Shown: one piece after another, positions 1 to 9,316 of the stretch
Numbering within the stretch: position 1 is the first letter of the stretch
Layout of the letters: every line of letters starts with the position of its first letter
Source of the DNA: Candidatus Limnocylindria bacterium
GTDB lineage: Bacteria > Chloroflexota > Limnocylindria > QHBO01
Assembly (NCBI GenBank): GCA_035709505.1
Contig: DASTEQ010000184.1
Coordinates: 1-45,731 of the forward strand
Direction: 5' to 3'
Length of the DNA: 45,731 nucleotides
The notes under the pieces: model-generated
Databases searched by the model: none
The model's input: only the letters and a program-made list of their open reading frames with translations
What the model was told of the DNA's origin: nothing
Made by a program: the position numbers and the translations under genes

Positions 1-458
1 ACCCGCGCCGCGCGGCCGTGTCGCGGACCTATCGCTACCGGATCCGGCAGGACGGCGACCGCCGACCGACGGATCGGCATCGGACGCTCGAGATCCCCGA
101 CCACCTGGACGTGGCGGCAATGCGCGAAGCCGCGGCCGTGATGGTGGGGGAACGCGACTTCGCCGCCCTCGGCAGTGACGCGCGGGGCCAGACGGTTCGC
201 CACCTGGCGGCCATCACGGTCCGGCAGCGCGGGACGCTGATCGAGGTCACGGTTCGGGGAAACGCGTTCCTCCGCCGGATGGTGAGAAGCCTGGTGGCGG
301 TTCTGCTCGCCGTGGGGCGGGGCGAATTGGCCCCGACCGATGTGGAGCAGGTGCTCGAGGCTCGGCAGCGCGCCCTCAAAGGGCGGGCAGCGCCGGCCCT
401 CGGGCTCACGCTCGAGCGGATCAGCTTTGGAACGACAGGAGACGAGAGACGAACGTGA
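1..458 (+). CDS. truA: tRNA pseudouridine(38-40) synthase TruA, C-terminal part (5' end outside the window)
   Basis: The frame is open from the window edge. The C-terminal sequence (…[16 protein letters not shown]…[17 protein letters not shown]…) looks like TruA. The position directly upstream of rplM-rpsI is the classic arrangement. The stop overlaps the rplM GTG (GTGA at 455-458). Confidence 0.8.
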   Translation, partial: PRRAAVSRTYRYRIRQDGDRRPTDRHRTLEIPDHLDVAAMREAAAVMVGERDFAALGSDARGQTVRHLAAITVRQRGTLIEVTVRGNAFLRRMVRSLVAVLLAVGRGELAPTDVEQVLEARQRALKGRAAPALGLTLERISFGTTGDERRT

Positions 459-901
459 AGACCTACGCGGTCAAGGCCAGCGAGATCGACCGGGGCTGGT
501 GGCTCATCGACGCCACGGATCAGCCGCTCGGGCGGTTGGCCACGCGCGTCGCCACCCTCCTGGCCGGCAAGCACAAGGCCACCTGGTCGCCGCACCTCGA
601 CAGCGGCGACCACGTGGTGGTGGTCAACGCGGCCCGCGTGAAGGTGACCGGCAACAAGCTCGCCCAGAAGAAGTACTACCGCCACTCGAACTACCCCGGC
701 GGCCTGCGCGAGGAGTCGCTTGGCGACCTGCTCGCCCGCAAGCCCGAGCGCGTGATCGAGGTCGCAGTCAAGGGCATGCTTCCCCACAACCGGCTCGGCA
801 ACGCGATGTTCCGCAAGCTGAAGGTCTACCCCGGAGCCGACCATCCCCACCGTGCCCAGCAACCGCGCGGGGCAACCGAGCAGCCCGAGGAGGCGTCGTG
901 A
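455..901 (+). CDS. rplM: 50S ribosomal protein L13
   Basis: The translation ([20 protein letters not shown]…GRLA…LLAGKHK…GDHVVVVNA…[10 protein letters not shown]…MLPHNRLG) is unmistakably L13. An AGGAG-like Shine-Dalgarno (SD) sequence lies at about 437-441. Confidence 0.95.
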   Translation: MKTYAVKASEIDRGWWLIDATDQPLGRLATRVATLLAGKHKATWSPHLDSGDHVVVVNAARVKVTGNKLAQKKYYRHSNYPGGLREESLGDLLARKPERVIEVAVKGMLPHNRLGNAMFRKLKVYPGADHPHRAQQPRGATEQPEEAS

Positions 902-1290
902 GCGTCAACTACCTGTACGGGACCGGGCGTCGCAAGACGTCGGTGGCCCGGGTCCGGCTCCTCCCCGGAGACGGGGCGATGACCGTGAACGGCAAGCCGG
1001 CCGAGGAGTACTTCGGCGGAGAGGCTCGGGTCGCCCCGATCCGCCTGCCATTCCGCGTGACCGACACCGAGGGGCGCTACGCGGCCAGCGTGCTGGTCGC
1101 CGGGGGCGGGGTCTCCGGGCAGGCCGGCGCTATTCGCCATGGAATCGCGCGCGCCCTGCTGGCTGGACACCCCGACTTCCGTGCCGCCCTCCGCGAGGCT
1201 GGCCTGCTCACCCGCGACCCGCGGGCCAAGGAGCGCAAGAAGTACGGCCTGAAGCGGGCCCGCAAGGCGCCGCAGTACACCAAGCGCTGA
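898..1290 (+). CDS. rpsI: 30S ribosomal protein S9
   Basis: A GTG at 898 is in frame with ORF 340..1290. The product ([15 protein letters not shown]…[19 protein letters not shown]…[25 protein letters not shown]) is canonical S9. The upstream part of the listed ORF overlaps rplM and is discarded. Confidence 0.95.
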   Translation: MSVNYLYGTGRRKTSVARVRLLPGDGAMTVNGKPAEEYFGGEARVAPIRLPFRVTDTEGRYAASVLVAGGGVSGQAGAIRHGIARALLAGHPDFRAALREAGLLTRDPRAKERKKYGLKRARKAPQYTKR

Positions 1291-1298
1291 TCACGACC

Positions 1299-1332
1299 GC
1301 TCCCGGACCGATCCGGGAGCGCCCGAGAGGGC
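1299..1332 (+). terminator. Stem-loops after rpsI (putative intrinsic terminator or processing site)
   Basis: GCTCCCGG (1299-1306) pairs with CCGGGAGC (1313-1320), a perfect 8-bp stem. It is followed by GCCC-gaga-GGGC (1321-1332) and CTTTG. There is no real U-tract, so confidence is modest. Confidence 0.4.
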
Positions 1333-1378
1333 CTTTGATACCATTGGCTGCCGACCGCACTGGAGCACCTGTCTGACC

Positions 1379-2440
1379 GTGCCGGAAAGCCTCAGCGAGT
1401 TCCTGGACACGTTCCTGCGCGGGACCCCGCTGACCTCGATCATCGACATCGTCGTCGTCGCCATCCTGATCTACTGGCTGTTCGTGCTCATCCGGGGCAC
1501 CCGCGCAGTCCGGATCCTGATCGGGCTGTCCATCGTGGCCCTGGTCTACCTCGCTGCCCAGGCGTTCGACCTCGTGCTGCTCTCGACCCTGCTCCAGGCG
1601 GGGGCCGTCGTCGGGCTGTTCGCGGTCGTCGTCGTCTTTCAGCCGGAGCTTCGACGCGGGCTCGAGCAGATCGGTCGCATGGGCTCCCTGAACCGCCTCT
1701 TCGTGTCGTCGGAGGTCTCGGCGGCCGACACCGTGGCCCGCGAAGTGTCTCGCGCCGCACGCCTGCTGGCCGGTTCGCGCCACGGGGCCCTGATCGTGAT
1801 CGAGCGCGAGACCGGGCTCCACGACCTGACCGCGGAATCGGGCGTACCGATCAACGCCGATCTCCATGCCGAGCTGCTGGCCACGATCTTCTACCACGGC
1901 ACCGCGCTGCACGACGGAGCCGTGGTCATCTCCGGCAATCGGATCGCCGCCGCCGGCGTCCTGCTCCCGCTCAGCCAGAACGTCCTCGACAGCGAGCGCT
2001 ATGGGACGCGCCACCGGGCGGCGATCGGCATCAGCGAACAGACCGATGCGCTCATCGTGGTCGTCAGCGAGGAAACCGGGTCCATCTCCCTCGTCGTCCG
2101 TGGACGAATCGAGCGGAACCTGTCCGAAGACCGGCTCCGGCGTCGGATCTTCAGCCTCATCCGACCGCAGGCGCCGCGCGAAGCCGCGCCGCTGCTGCGC
2201 CGTACGCTTGAGGGCCGATGGGGCATGCCCGAGGAGGAACCCGCCGAGACGCCGATTGACCCCGACGACCGGGTCGTCGCCTCCGTCGCCCTGGCGGCCG
2301 ACCCGGTTGCCCCGGCAGACCCGGCTGCTCCCGACGAAGCGGCTGACCCGGCGGGAGCGGCCGACGCGGCGGGAGCGGGCGGCCAAGCAGCGGCGGCCGA
2401 CCCGGCAGCACCGGTGGCCAGCGGAGAACGCCGCGCCTGA
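1379..2440 (+). CDS. cdaA: Diadenylate cyclase CdaA (DisA_N/DAC domain, three N-terminal TM helices) with an Ala/Pro/Asp-rich C-terminal tail
   Basis: The N-terminus is hydrophobic (IIDIVVVAILIYWLFVLIRGTRA…). DAC-domain motifs are present (GALIVIERETGL…, HDGAVVISGNRIAAAG, RHRAAIGISEQTDALIVVVSEETGSISL). It is followed by cdaR and glmM as in the known operon. Confidence 0.9.
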   Translation: MPESLSEFLDTFLRGTPLTSIIDIVVVAILIYWLFVLIRGTRAVRILIGLSIVALVYLAAQAFDLVLLSTLLQAGAVVGLFAVVVVFQPELRRGLEQIGRMGSLNRLFVSSEVSAADTVAREVSRAARLLAGSRHGALIVIERETGLHDLTAESGVPINADLHAELLATIFYHGTALHDGAVVISGNRIAAAGVLLPLSQNVLDSERYGTRHRAAIGISEQTDALIVVVSEETGSISLVVRGRIERNLSEDRLRRRIFSLIRPQAPREAAPLLRRTLEGRWGMPEEEPAETPIDPDDRVVASVALAADPVAPADPAAPDEAADPAGAADAAGAGGQAAAADPAAPVASGERRA

Positions 2441-3651
2441 TGGCCCTCCTGCTCCGCAATTGGCCACTGAAACTCGGTGCGCTGGTCCTCTCGGTCCTGC
2501 TCTACGCCGGCCTGGTGTACTCCGGCTCGTTCACCGAGCAGCAGGTCACGGGCGTGCCGATTCGGGCCGTAAACCAACCGTTGAACACCTACCTGCTGAC
2601 CGGGGACCTGGGCACGGTCGACATCGGCTACCGCGCGTCGGCCGCGGCGGCTGGTGGGGTGACCGCCTCGACCTTCAGTGCGTCCGTCGACCTCGAGGCC
2701 TACGACATGACCCAGGCCGGCGAGCCGCAGCTGCTCGCCGTCGAGGTCCGCTCCCTGGACGACGAAGTCGAGGTCCTGGACACTGCGCCGCTCGAGGTCT
2801 CGGTCATCCTCGATCGACTCGGCGTCCGGACGGTTCAGGTGGTCGTTGATCGCGGGGAGATCCCGGCCGGACTCGAGATCACCTCCCAGGACGTCATGCC
2901 CTCCACGGTCCAGGCCCAGGGCCCCGAGAGTCGTCTGCGTCTGGTCACCCGTGCTCTCGCCCGGGTCCGGATCGACCCCTCCGGAATCGACGTTCACGAG
3001 CAGGTGGACCTCGTCGCAGTCAACGTCGATGGCGAGCCGGTGCCAGCGGTCGAGCTGAGTCCCAATGCGGCATCGGTCGACATCGAGGTCAGCACCGCCG
3101 AGACCTCGAAGACGGTGCCGGTCGCCCTCGACCTGCAAGGCAGCCCACCGGTCGGTCTGACCCTGACCGCGATCAGTGCCGAGCCAGCCGCCGTGACCCT
3201 CTTCGGCCCGCCGGAGGTGCTGGCCGCGATCGCCAGCGTCTCCACCGAGCCAATCGACCTCGGCACGGTGTCCGCTGACGACGTGATTGAGGTCGCGCTC
3301 ATCGTTTCCGACCAGACCCGTCTGGGTGACGGGGTGGAACCGGTGGCGTCGGTATCGGTTGATGTTTCCCTGGAGCTCGCCAGCCGGACGATCCTCGCCG
3401 GGCCGGTGTGCACGAACGTCGGTGCCGGGCTGTCCTGCGAGCCGGCGACCGCACAGATTCCGGTCACGGTCAGCGGGACCCGGTCCGCGGTGACGGCCCT
3501 GACCCCGGCCCAGGTCACCCCGATCCTGAACATGGCAGGCCTTGGAGCCGGGACGCACCAGGTCACGCCCACCGTGAACCTGCCGGCCGGCATCACCCTC
3601 GTGCAGGCGCTCGGGCCGGTGGCGGTCACGCTCACCGCCGGCGGCCCGTAA
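2440..3651 (+). CDS. cdaR: CdaR-like regulator of CdaA (YbbR-repeat protein, N-terminal membrane anchor)
   Basis: The start overlaps the cdaA stop (TGATG). An N-terminal TM helix (LKLGALVLSVLLYAGLV) is followed by repeated beta-rich modules of about 90 aa typical of YbbR domains. The position between cdaA and glmM is conserved. Confidence 0.75.
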   Translation: MALLLRNWPLKLGALVLSVLLYAGLVYSGSFTEQQVTGVPIRAVNQPLNTYLLTGDLGTVDIGYRASAAAAGGVTASTFSASVDLEAYDMTQAGEPQLLAVEVRSLDDEVEVLDTAPLEVSVILDRLGVRTVQVVVDRGEIPAGLEITSQDVMPSTVQAQGPESRLRLVTRALARVRIDPSGIDVHEQVDLVAVNVDGEPVPAVELSPNAASVDIEVSTAETSKTVPVALDLQGSPPVGLTLTAISAEPAAVTLFGPPEVLAAIASVSTEPIDLGTVSADDVIEVALIVSDQTRLGDGVEPVASVSVDVSLELASRTILAGPVCTNVGAGLSCEPATAQIPVTVSGTRSAVTALTPAQVTPILNMAGLGAGTHQVTPTVNLPAGITLVQALGPVAVTLTAGGP

Positions 3652-3669
3652 CCCGGCACCGATCGCACA

Positions 3670-5001
3670 ATGGGCCGCCTCTTCGGCACCGACGGCATCC
3701 GCGGTGTCGCCAATGTCGACCTGACTCCGACCCTCGCCTACGACCTGGGTCGGGCTCTCGGCCACTACGTCGACGGCGCCGGGCGGAGCGTGGTCGTCGG
3801 GCGCGACACCCGGCGATCCGGCGAGATGCTCGTCTCCGCCCTGACGGCCGGGCTGACGTCGGTCGGGACCGACGTCCTCGACCTCGGCGTGGTGCCGACG
3901 CCGTGTCTCGCCTACGTTGCCGAGACAGGCGAGCACGTCGCCGGGGTCATGGTCTCGGCTTCTCACAACCCGCCCGATGACAACGGGCTGAAGGTCGTGT
4001 CAGGCGGCCGGAAGATGGACGACGAGGCGGAGGAGCAGCTCGAGCACCTCATCTTCCAGGCCGAGGGGCTGCCCGGTCCGACGAACGCCGGCCTCGGTCG
4101 GATCCGCCACGACGCCGGAGCGGTGGCGCCCTACCGCGAGCATCTGGCAGGCATCGCCGGCGACCGCCTGGCCGGGCTCCGAATCGGGATCGACGGGGCC
4201 AATGGCGCGGTCTCCACCTTCGGCCCGGACCTCCTGCGGCGTCTCGGGGCGCAGGTCACCACCATCCACTGCGAGCCAGATGGGACGAACATCAACGTCG
4301 GCGGCGGGGCCACCGACCCGTCCGCGCTCGCCGACCTGGTGCGGGCTGACGGGCTTGACCTGGGATTCGCCTTTGACGGTGACGCGGACCGGCTCATCGC
4401 GATCACCGAGACCGGGGAGGTGGTCGACGGCGACGGAGTGATGGGCATCTGCGCGCTGGAACGACTCGAAGCGGGGACGCTCGCCGAACGGACCCTGGTG
4501 GTATCGGTCATGAGCAATGACGGGCTGGTGCGGGCCGTGGAAGCGGCCGGAGGTCGCGTCATCCGGGCGCCGGTCGGCGACCGGCACATCCTGGAGGCGA
4601 TGGAACGTTCGGGGGCCATGCTCGGGGGCGAGCAATCGGGCCACGTCATCTTTCGCGACCTGGCGGCCACCGGGGATGGATTGCTCACCGCCATCCAGCT
4701 GGTCGCCGCCCTCCGCGCTACGCCCGGGACGAGCCTCTCGACCCTGGCTGCCCGAATTCCGAGGCTTCCGCAGGTGGTGATAAACTCGGCCGTCCGCCAC
4801 AAGGATCAGTGGCAGGTCGACCCGCTCTTCGCCGAGGCCGTGGCAGGGGCGACCGCTCGGCTCGGCAGCCGGGGACGGATTCTCGTCCGCGCCTCGGGCA
4901 CCGAGTCCAAGCTGCGGATCATGGTCGAGGGTGAGGAGCCTGAGGAGATCGCCACCATTGCACAAGAGCTCGCGGACCTGGCCACCGCGCGGCTGAACTA
5001 A
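3670..5001 (+). CDS. glmM: Phosphoglucosamine mutase
   Basis: The product starts MGRLFGTDGIRGVAN. It has the active-site loop SASHNPPDDNGLK, the metal loop FDGDADR and the GEQSGH motif. Confidence 0.95.
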   Translation: MGRLFGTDGIRGVANVDLTPTLAYDLGRALGHYVDGAGRSVVVGRDTRRSGEMLVSALTAGLTSVGTDVLDLGVVPTPCLAYVAETGEHVAGVMVSASHNPPDDNGLKVVSGGRKMDDEAEEQLEHLIFQAEGLPGPTNAGLGRIRHDAGAVAPYREHLAGIAGDRLAGLRIGIDGANGAVSTFGPDLLRRLGAQVTTIHCEPDGTNINVGGGATDPSALADLVRADGLDLGFAFDGDADRLIAITETGEVVDGDGVMGICALERLEAGTLAERTLVVSVMSNDGLVRAVEAAGGRVIRAPVGDRHILEAMERSGAMLGGEQSGHVIFRDLAATGDGLLTAIQLVAALRATPGTSLSTLAARIPRLPQVVINSAVRHKDQWQVDPLFAEAVAGATARLGSRGRILVRASGTESKLRIMVEGEEPEEIATIAQELADLATARLN

Positions 5002-5020
5002 CCCGGCGCCAGGAAGAGCC

Positions 5021-6856
5021 ATGTGCGGAATCGTCGGCTACGTCGGGCCGCGTGACGCGGCGCCCATCCTGCTCGAGGGGCTCCGCCGCCTCGAGTACCG
5101 CGGCTACGACTCGGCGGGGATCGCCGTTCGCACCGATGGCGGCACCGTCTTCGTCGAGAAACGGGCTGGCAAGCTTCACAACCTGACCGATCAGCTCAAC
5201 GGGACCACTCCCCACGGCCATCCGGGCATCGCCCACACGCGCTGGGCCACCCACGGCGCGCCAACCGACCTCAACGCCCATCCCCATGCCGACTGCACCG
5301 GGAAGCTGGCGCTCATTCACAACGGGATCATCGAGAACTACGCGGAGATCCGTGACCTGCTTGCGGCTGCCGGACACGCATTTACGTCTGAGACCGATAC
5401 GGAGGTCCTGGCCCACCTCATCGAGGAGCGCTACTCCGGCGACCTGGTCGAGGCCGTTCGCCAGGCGCTGGGCCAGGTGCAGGGCGCGTACGCCATCGGT
5501 GTGATGCACACCGACCATCCCGATCTGATCGTCGGGGCGCGAATGAACGTGCCGCTCATCGTCGGCCTGGGTGAGGGTGAGGGGTTTCTCGCCAGCGACG
5601 TCCCGGCCATCCTCGAGCACACCCGGCGCGTGGTTATCCTGCACGAGGGCGATATCGCGGCGGTGACCTCGAAGGGGACAACGGTCGTTGACCTTGAAGG
5701 CGAGGAGCTCGACCGCGAGGTGACCGAGATCACCTGGAACCTGGAGGCCGCCGAGAAGGATGGCTTCCCGCACTTCACCCTGAAGGAGATCTACGAGCAG
5801 CCCCACGCCATCCAGGAGGCCCTCCGCGGGCGGGTCGATGGCCGTGGCGTGCTCCACCTGCCGGAGCTGGACGGGGTGGAGGATCAGCTTCGCGAGGCGG
5901 ATCGCATCTACCTGGTCGCGTGTGGCACCGCGCATTACGCGTCCGACGTGGGGGCCTACCTCCTGCAGCAATGGGCCGGCGTGCCGGCGGTCTCGGTCAT
6001 CGGCTCCGAGATGCGCTACGCGCCGCCGCCGATCACCGACCGGACCGTGGTCATCAGCGTGAGCCAGTCCGGTGAGACCGCGGACACCATCGCCCCCACC
6101 CGCCTCGCCCGGGAGCGGGGCGCGACGGTGGTGGTGGTGACCAACGTCGTCGGCAGCGCCCTCACCCGGGACGGGGATGCGACCGTCTACCTGCAGGCCG
6201 GGCCGGAGATCGGGGTCGCCTCGACCAAGGCGTTCGCGACCCAGGTCCTCGTCCTCCAGATGCTCGGACTGCACCTCGCCCGCCTGCGCGGGACCATGAC
6301 GCCGGCCCAGCTCACAACGTACGGGCTCGGGCTGCGGGCCCTTCCCCGCGCGGCGGTGGCCGCGCTCGACTCCGCCCCGCAGGTCCGCGACATCGCGGCG
6401 CGCTGGGCCGCGCTGAACGTGCAGGACGTGATGTACATCGGTCGCGGGGTCGGGTTCCCGATCGCGATGGAGGGCGCGTTGAAGCTGAAGGAGCTGTCCT
6501 ACGTCCACGCGGAGGGCTATGCAGCCGGCGAGCTCAAGCACGGACCGATCGCACTCCTCGACGCCGACACCCCGCTGGTGGCCATCGTTACCCGTGGCTC
6601 GGTGTACGAGAAGATCCTCTCCAACGTCTCCGAGGCACGCGCCCGGCAGGCGCCGGTCCTGGCGGTGGCGACGGCTGGCGACGAGCAGATCAGCCAGCAT
6701 GCCGAGGACGTCCTCTTCGTACCCGAGACGCTCGAAGAGCTCTCCCCGGTCATCAGCATCGTGCCGCTCCAGCTTCTCGCCTACGAGGTCGCGGTGTCAC
6801 GCGGGACCGATGTCGACCAGCCGCGCAACCTCGCCAAGTCGGTCACCGTCGAGTAG
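5021..6856 (+). CDS. glmS: Glutamine--fructose-6-phosphate aminotransferase (isomerising)
   Basis: The N-terminus is MCGIVGYVG (Ntn amidotransferase Cys2). There are two SIS domains, and the C-terminus is …DQPRNLAKSVTVE. Confidence 0.97.
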   Translation: MCGIVGYVGPRDAAPILLEGLRRLEYRGYDSAGIAVRTDGGTVFVEKRAGKLHNLTDQLNGTTPHGHPGIAHTRWATHGAPTDLNAHPHADCTGKLALIHNGIIENYAEIRDLLAAAGHAFTSETDTEVLAHLIEERYSGDLVEAVRQALGQVQGAYAIGVMHTDHPDLIVGARMNVPLIVGLGEGEGFLASDVPAILEHTRRVVILHEGDIAAVTSKGTTVVDLEGEELDREVTEITWNLEAAEKDGFPHFTLKEIYEQPHAIQEALRGRVDGRGVLHLPELDGVEDQLREADRIYLVACGTAHYASDVGAYLLQQWAGVPAVSVIGSEMRYAPPPITDRTVVISVSQSGETADTIAPTRLARERGATVVVVTNVVGSALTRDGDATVYLQAGPEIGVASTKAFATQVLVLQMLGLHLARLRGTMTPAQLTTYGLGLRALPRAAVAALDSAPQVRDIAARWAALNVQDVMYIGRGVGFPIAMEGALKLKELSYVHAEGYAAGELKHGPIALLDADTPLVAIVTRGSVYEKILSNVSEARARQAPVLAVATAGDEQISQHAEDVLFVPETLEELSPVISIVPLQLLAYEVAVSRGTDVDQPRNLAKSVTVE

Positions 6857-6876
6857 CCGCCGGTGGGCGACGGCCG

Positions 6877-7257
6877 ATGAGCCGCCACGAGCTCGGCGTT
6901 GACCTCATCGACATCGACCGGATCGCGGGCACCCTCTCCCGCTACCCGGAGCGATTTCGACGTCGGGTGCTGACCGAGCGCGAGGATCGGTACTGCGGCA
7001 ACAAGATCGAGCGGGTCGCGGGACGATGGGCGGCCAAAGAAGCGATCAGCAAGGTGCTCGGTCTCGGGGTCCGGGGCGTCGGGTGGCGCGAGATCGAGGT
7101 CCTGCCGAACTTTGCCGGGCAGCCTCAGGTCCTGCTCCACGGCCGCGCCGCCGCGCGAGCGGCCCGCCTCGGCATCGGCGAAGTCACGGTCTCGATCTCC
7201 CACGAGCGGCGGATGGCGGTTGCGGTCGCGATCGCCGACCGGCCCGTCGAGGGCTGA
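6877..7257 (+). CDS. acpS: Holo-[acyl-carrier-protein] synthase (4'-phosphopantetheinyl transferase)
   Basis: The size is about 125 aa. AcpS-type motifs are present (GVDLIDIDRI…, RWAAKEAISKVLG, ISHERRMAVAVA). Confidence 0.85.
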   Translation: MSRHELGVDLIDIDRIAGTLSRYPERFRRRVLTEREDRYCGNKIERVAGRWAAKEAISKVLGLGVRGVGWREIEVLPNFAGQPQVLLHGRAAARAARLGIGEVTVSISHERRMAVAVAIADRPVEG

Positions 7258-7262
7258 GAGCC

Positions 7263-8189
7263 ATGGCTGACAACGCCACGACGCTCACCCCGCGCTGGGT
7301 GGCCGCCCATCTGCCGCCCCGGCCGTCGATCAGTCACAAGGGGACGTTTGGACGGGTCCTCGTCGTCGCCGGGTCACTCGAGTACGCGGGCGCCGCGCTG
7401 CTCACCGGGGTCGGGGCTGCACGGGCCGGGGCCGGGCTCGTCTGCCTGGCGACGCCGGAGTCCGTGGGTCTCCGGCTGCTCGGGCTCGTCCCGGAGCTCA
7501 CGTCGCTGCCCTTGCCCGAGGAGGCGGTGGGCCTCGTTGCGCCTGCCGGCTGGCGCCAGCTGACGGCGGCGGCTGGCACCTACGACGCGATCGTGGTCGG
7601 CCCCGGGCTCGGCCGCCACGCGGCGACCCTTCGCCGGACGGCCCACCTGCTGGGCGAGCTCCGGCGGCCCGTTGTCGTCGACGCCGACGGGTTGACTGCC
7701 CTCGCCGCGCGGGACCGATGGTGGCGGACGCTGACCGCCCCGGCGGTGCTCAGCCCCCATCCGGGAGAGTTTGCCCGCCTCATGGGCGGTGGCTCGCCGC
7801 CGCCGGCCGAAGACGACGACGCGGCCCGCGAAGCGGCGGCCGGTCAGGCGGCCCGGCTCTGGGACCACGTCGTCATCCTGAAGGGCGCGAACACCGTGGT
7901 TGCCGCGCCGGACGGGACGACCCTGCGGTCGGCGGTTGCCACGCCTGCGCTGGCCACTGCCGGGAGCGGGGATGTGCTCGCTGGCGCGATCGGTGCCATG
8001 CTCGCCGCCGGCCTTGCGCCAATCAATGCCGCCGGAGTCGCGGTCGCCGTGCATGCGGCGGCCGGCGTGCTCGCCGAACAGCGGATCGGCATGGCGGGCG
8101 TTCTCGCCTCCGACGTTGCCCGTCTCCTGCCGGAGGCGATGTCCGTGCTCCGCGGCGGTTCCAGCGGTGGCGGCTCCAGCGGCGGGTGA
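7263..8189 (+). CDS. nnrD: ADP-dependent NAD(P)H-hydrate dehydratase (YjeF C-terminal domain only)
   Basis: ATG 7263 is in frame with ORF 7026..8189. The sequence HKGTFGRVLVVAGS…YAGAALL…, the motif GPGLG and the motif GSGDVLAG are typical of the carbohydrate-kinase-like NnrD fold. No N-terminal epimerase domain is present. The upstream part of the ORF overlaps acpS. Confidence 0.85.
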   Translation: MADNATTLTPRWVAAHLPPRPSISHKGTFGRVLVVAGSLEYAGAALLTGVGAARAGAGLVCLATPESVGLRLLGLVPELTSLPLPEEAVGLVAPAGWRQLTAAAGTYDAIVVGPGLGRHAATLRRTAHLLGELRRPVVVDADGLTALAARDRWWRTLTAPAVLSPHPGEFARLMGGGSPPPAEDDDAAREAAAGQAARLWDHVVILKGANTVVAAPDGTTLRSAVATPALATAGSGDVLAGAIGAMLAAGLAPINAAGVAVAVHAAAGVLAEQRIGMAGVLASDVARLLPEAMSVLRGGSSGGGSSGG

Positions 8190-9316
8190 TGCCTCGCGAA
8201 GCCGGTCGCCACCGGGCCTGGGTTGAGGTCGACCATGACGCCATCGCCGCCAACCTCGCCGTGCTACGCCGGCGGGCAGGGGAAGGCACCCAGGTCATCG
8301 GCGTGGTCAAGGCCAACGCATACGGCCATGGCGCGGTCGAGGTGGGGACCACCCTCGCCCGGATCGGGGTGGAGCGACTCGCCGTCGCCACCGTGTCGGA
8401 GGGGGTTGAGCTGCGCGAGGCTGGGCTGGGCGGGCCGATCCTGCTCCTGTGGGGCATCGGATCGGACGAGGCCGAGGCCGTCGTTGCTGCCGGCCTGGAG
8501 CCGATGACAGGCAGCGCGGCCGCGCTATCCAGCCTCGAGGCCGCCGCGGCCAGCGCCGGGGCGCGGATCGGCGTGCACCTGAAGGTCGACACCGGCCTGG
8601 GTCGCCAGGGGATCGAGCCCTCCGCCGCTCCGGAGCTGGCGCGCCGGATCACCGCCAGTCGGCATCTGCAGCTCGCCGGAACGATGACGCATCTGGCCGC
8701 GGTGGATGACGAGAAGCACACCGCGAGCCAGCTTGACCGCATGACCGCCGCCCTCGACCAAATGCGCGCCACGGGGATCGATGCCGGGATCATCCATGTC
8801 GGGGGAACGGCCGCCATCCTCGCTGGTGTCGGCACCTTCGCCGACGCGGTTCGGCCGGGCATCGGCCTGTACGGGCTGAGCCCGGACGGGTTCGATGCGG
8901 GGGCAGCCGGGCTGAGGCCGGCCCTCGCGCTTCGGGCGCTGCCGCTGCGGGTGTTCGACGTCACGGCCGGAACACCGATCGGCTACGGGCTGCGCTGGAC
9001 CGCGGGGCGAACATCCCGACTCGCCACCCTGCCGATCGGGTACGGTGACGGCTGGCCCCGCAGCCACCTGAACAACGGCTCGGCCCTCGTTCGTGGGCAG
9101 CGGGCGCCGATGGTGGGAGCGATCAGCATGGACGGTCTGGTGGTCGACGTCAGTGAAGCGGGGTCCGTGGGTCTGGACGACGAGTTCGTGCTCATCGGTC
9201 GCCAGGGCGACGACGAGATCTCCGCCGACGATGTGGCCGCGCAGCGGGGCACGATCAACTACGAGGTGACGACCATGCTCCGCCGTCGACTGCCGCGCAG
9301 GCACCTGCACGGATGA
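8189..9316 (+). CDS. alr: Alanine racemase
   Basis: The PLP-lysine motif VVKANAYGHG is present, along with …HLKVDTGLGRQG…, IGYGDGWPR and NYEV. The ATG at 8189 overlaps the nnrD stop. Confidence 0.9.
   Translation: MPREAGRHRAWVEVDHDAIAANLAVLRRRAGEGTQVIGVVKANAYGHGAVEVGTTLARIGVERLAVATVSEGVELREAGLGGPILLLWGIGSDEAEAVVAAGLEPMTGSAAALSSLEAAAASAGARIGVHLKVDTGLGRQGIEPSAAPELARRITASRHLQLAGTMTHLAAVDDEKHTASQLDRMTAALDQMRATGIDAGIIHVGGTAAILAGVGTFADAVRPGIGLYGLSPDGFDAGAAGLRPALALRALPLRVFDVTAGTPIGYGLRWTAGRTSRLATLPIGYGDGWPRSHLNNGSALVRGQRAPMVGAISMDGLVVDVSEAGSVGLDDEFVLIGRQGDDEISADDVAAQRGTINYEVTTMLRRRLPRRHLHG

Noticed and set aside
340-897. Upstream parts of listed ORFs: 340..1290, 7026..7262, 7718..8188, 12360..12512, 14589..14711, 15385..15582, 16343..16456, 21199..21549, 26711..26875
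   Set aside because: These 5' extensions overlap the preceding, well-supported genes in another frame. Internal starts give proteins with canonical N-termini and often 1-4 nt coupling overlaps.
1999-3966. 655-aa minus-strand ORF
   Set aside because: It lies antisense to cdaA, cdaR and glmM, which have clear family signatures. Its translation is Arg/Gly/Asp/Pro-rich low-complexity sequence, typical of the mirror frame in high-GC DNA.
5002-5020. glmS ribozyme upstream of glmS, and a T-box upstream of glyQS (21539-21549)
   Set aside because: The intergenic gaps are only 19 and 11 nt, far too short for either element.
4919-6700. 593-aa minus-strand ORF
   Set aside because: It is antisense to glmS, which is unambiguous. 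It has no recognisable motifs and is a high-GC shadow ORF.
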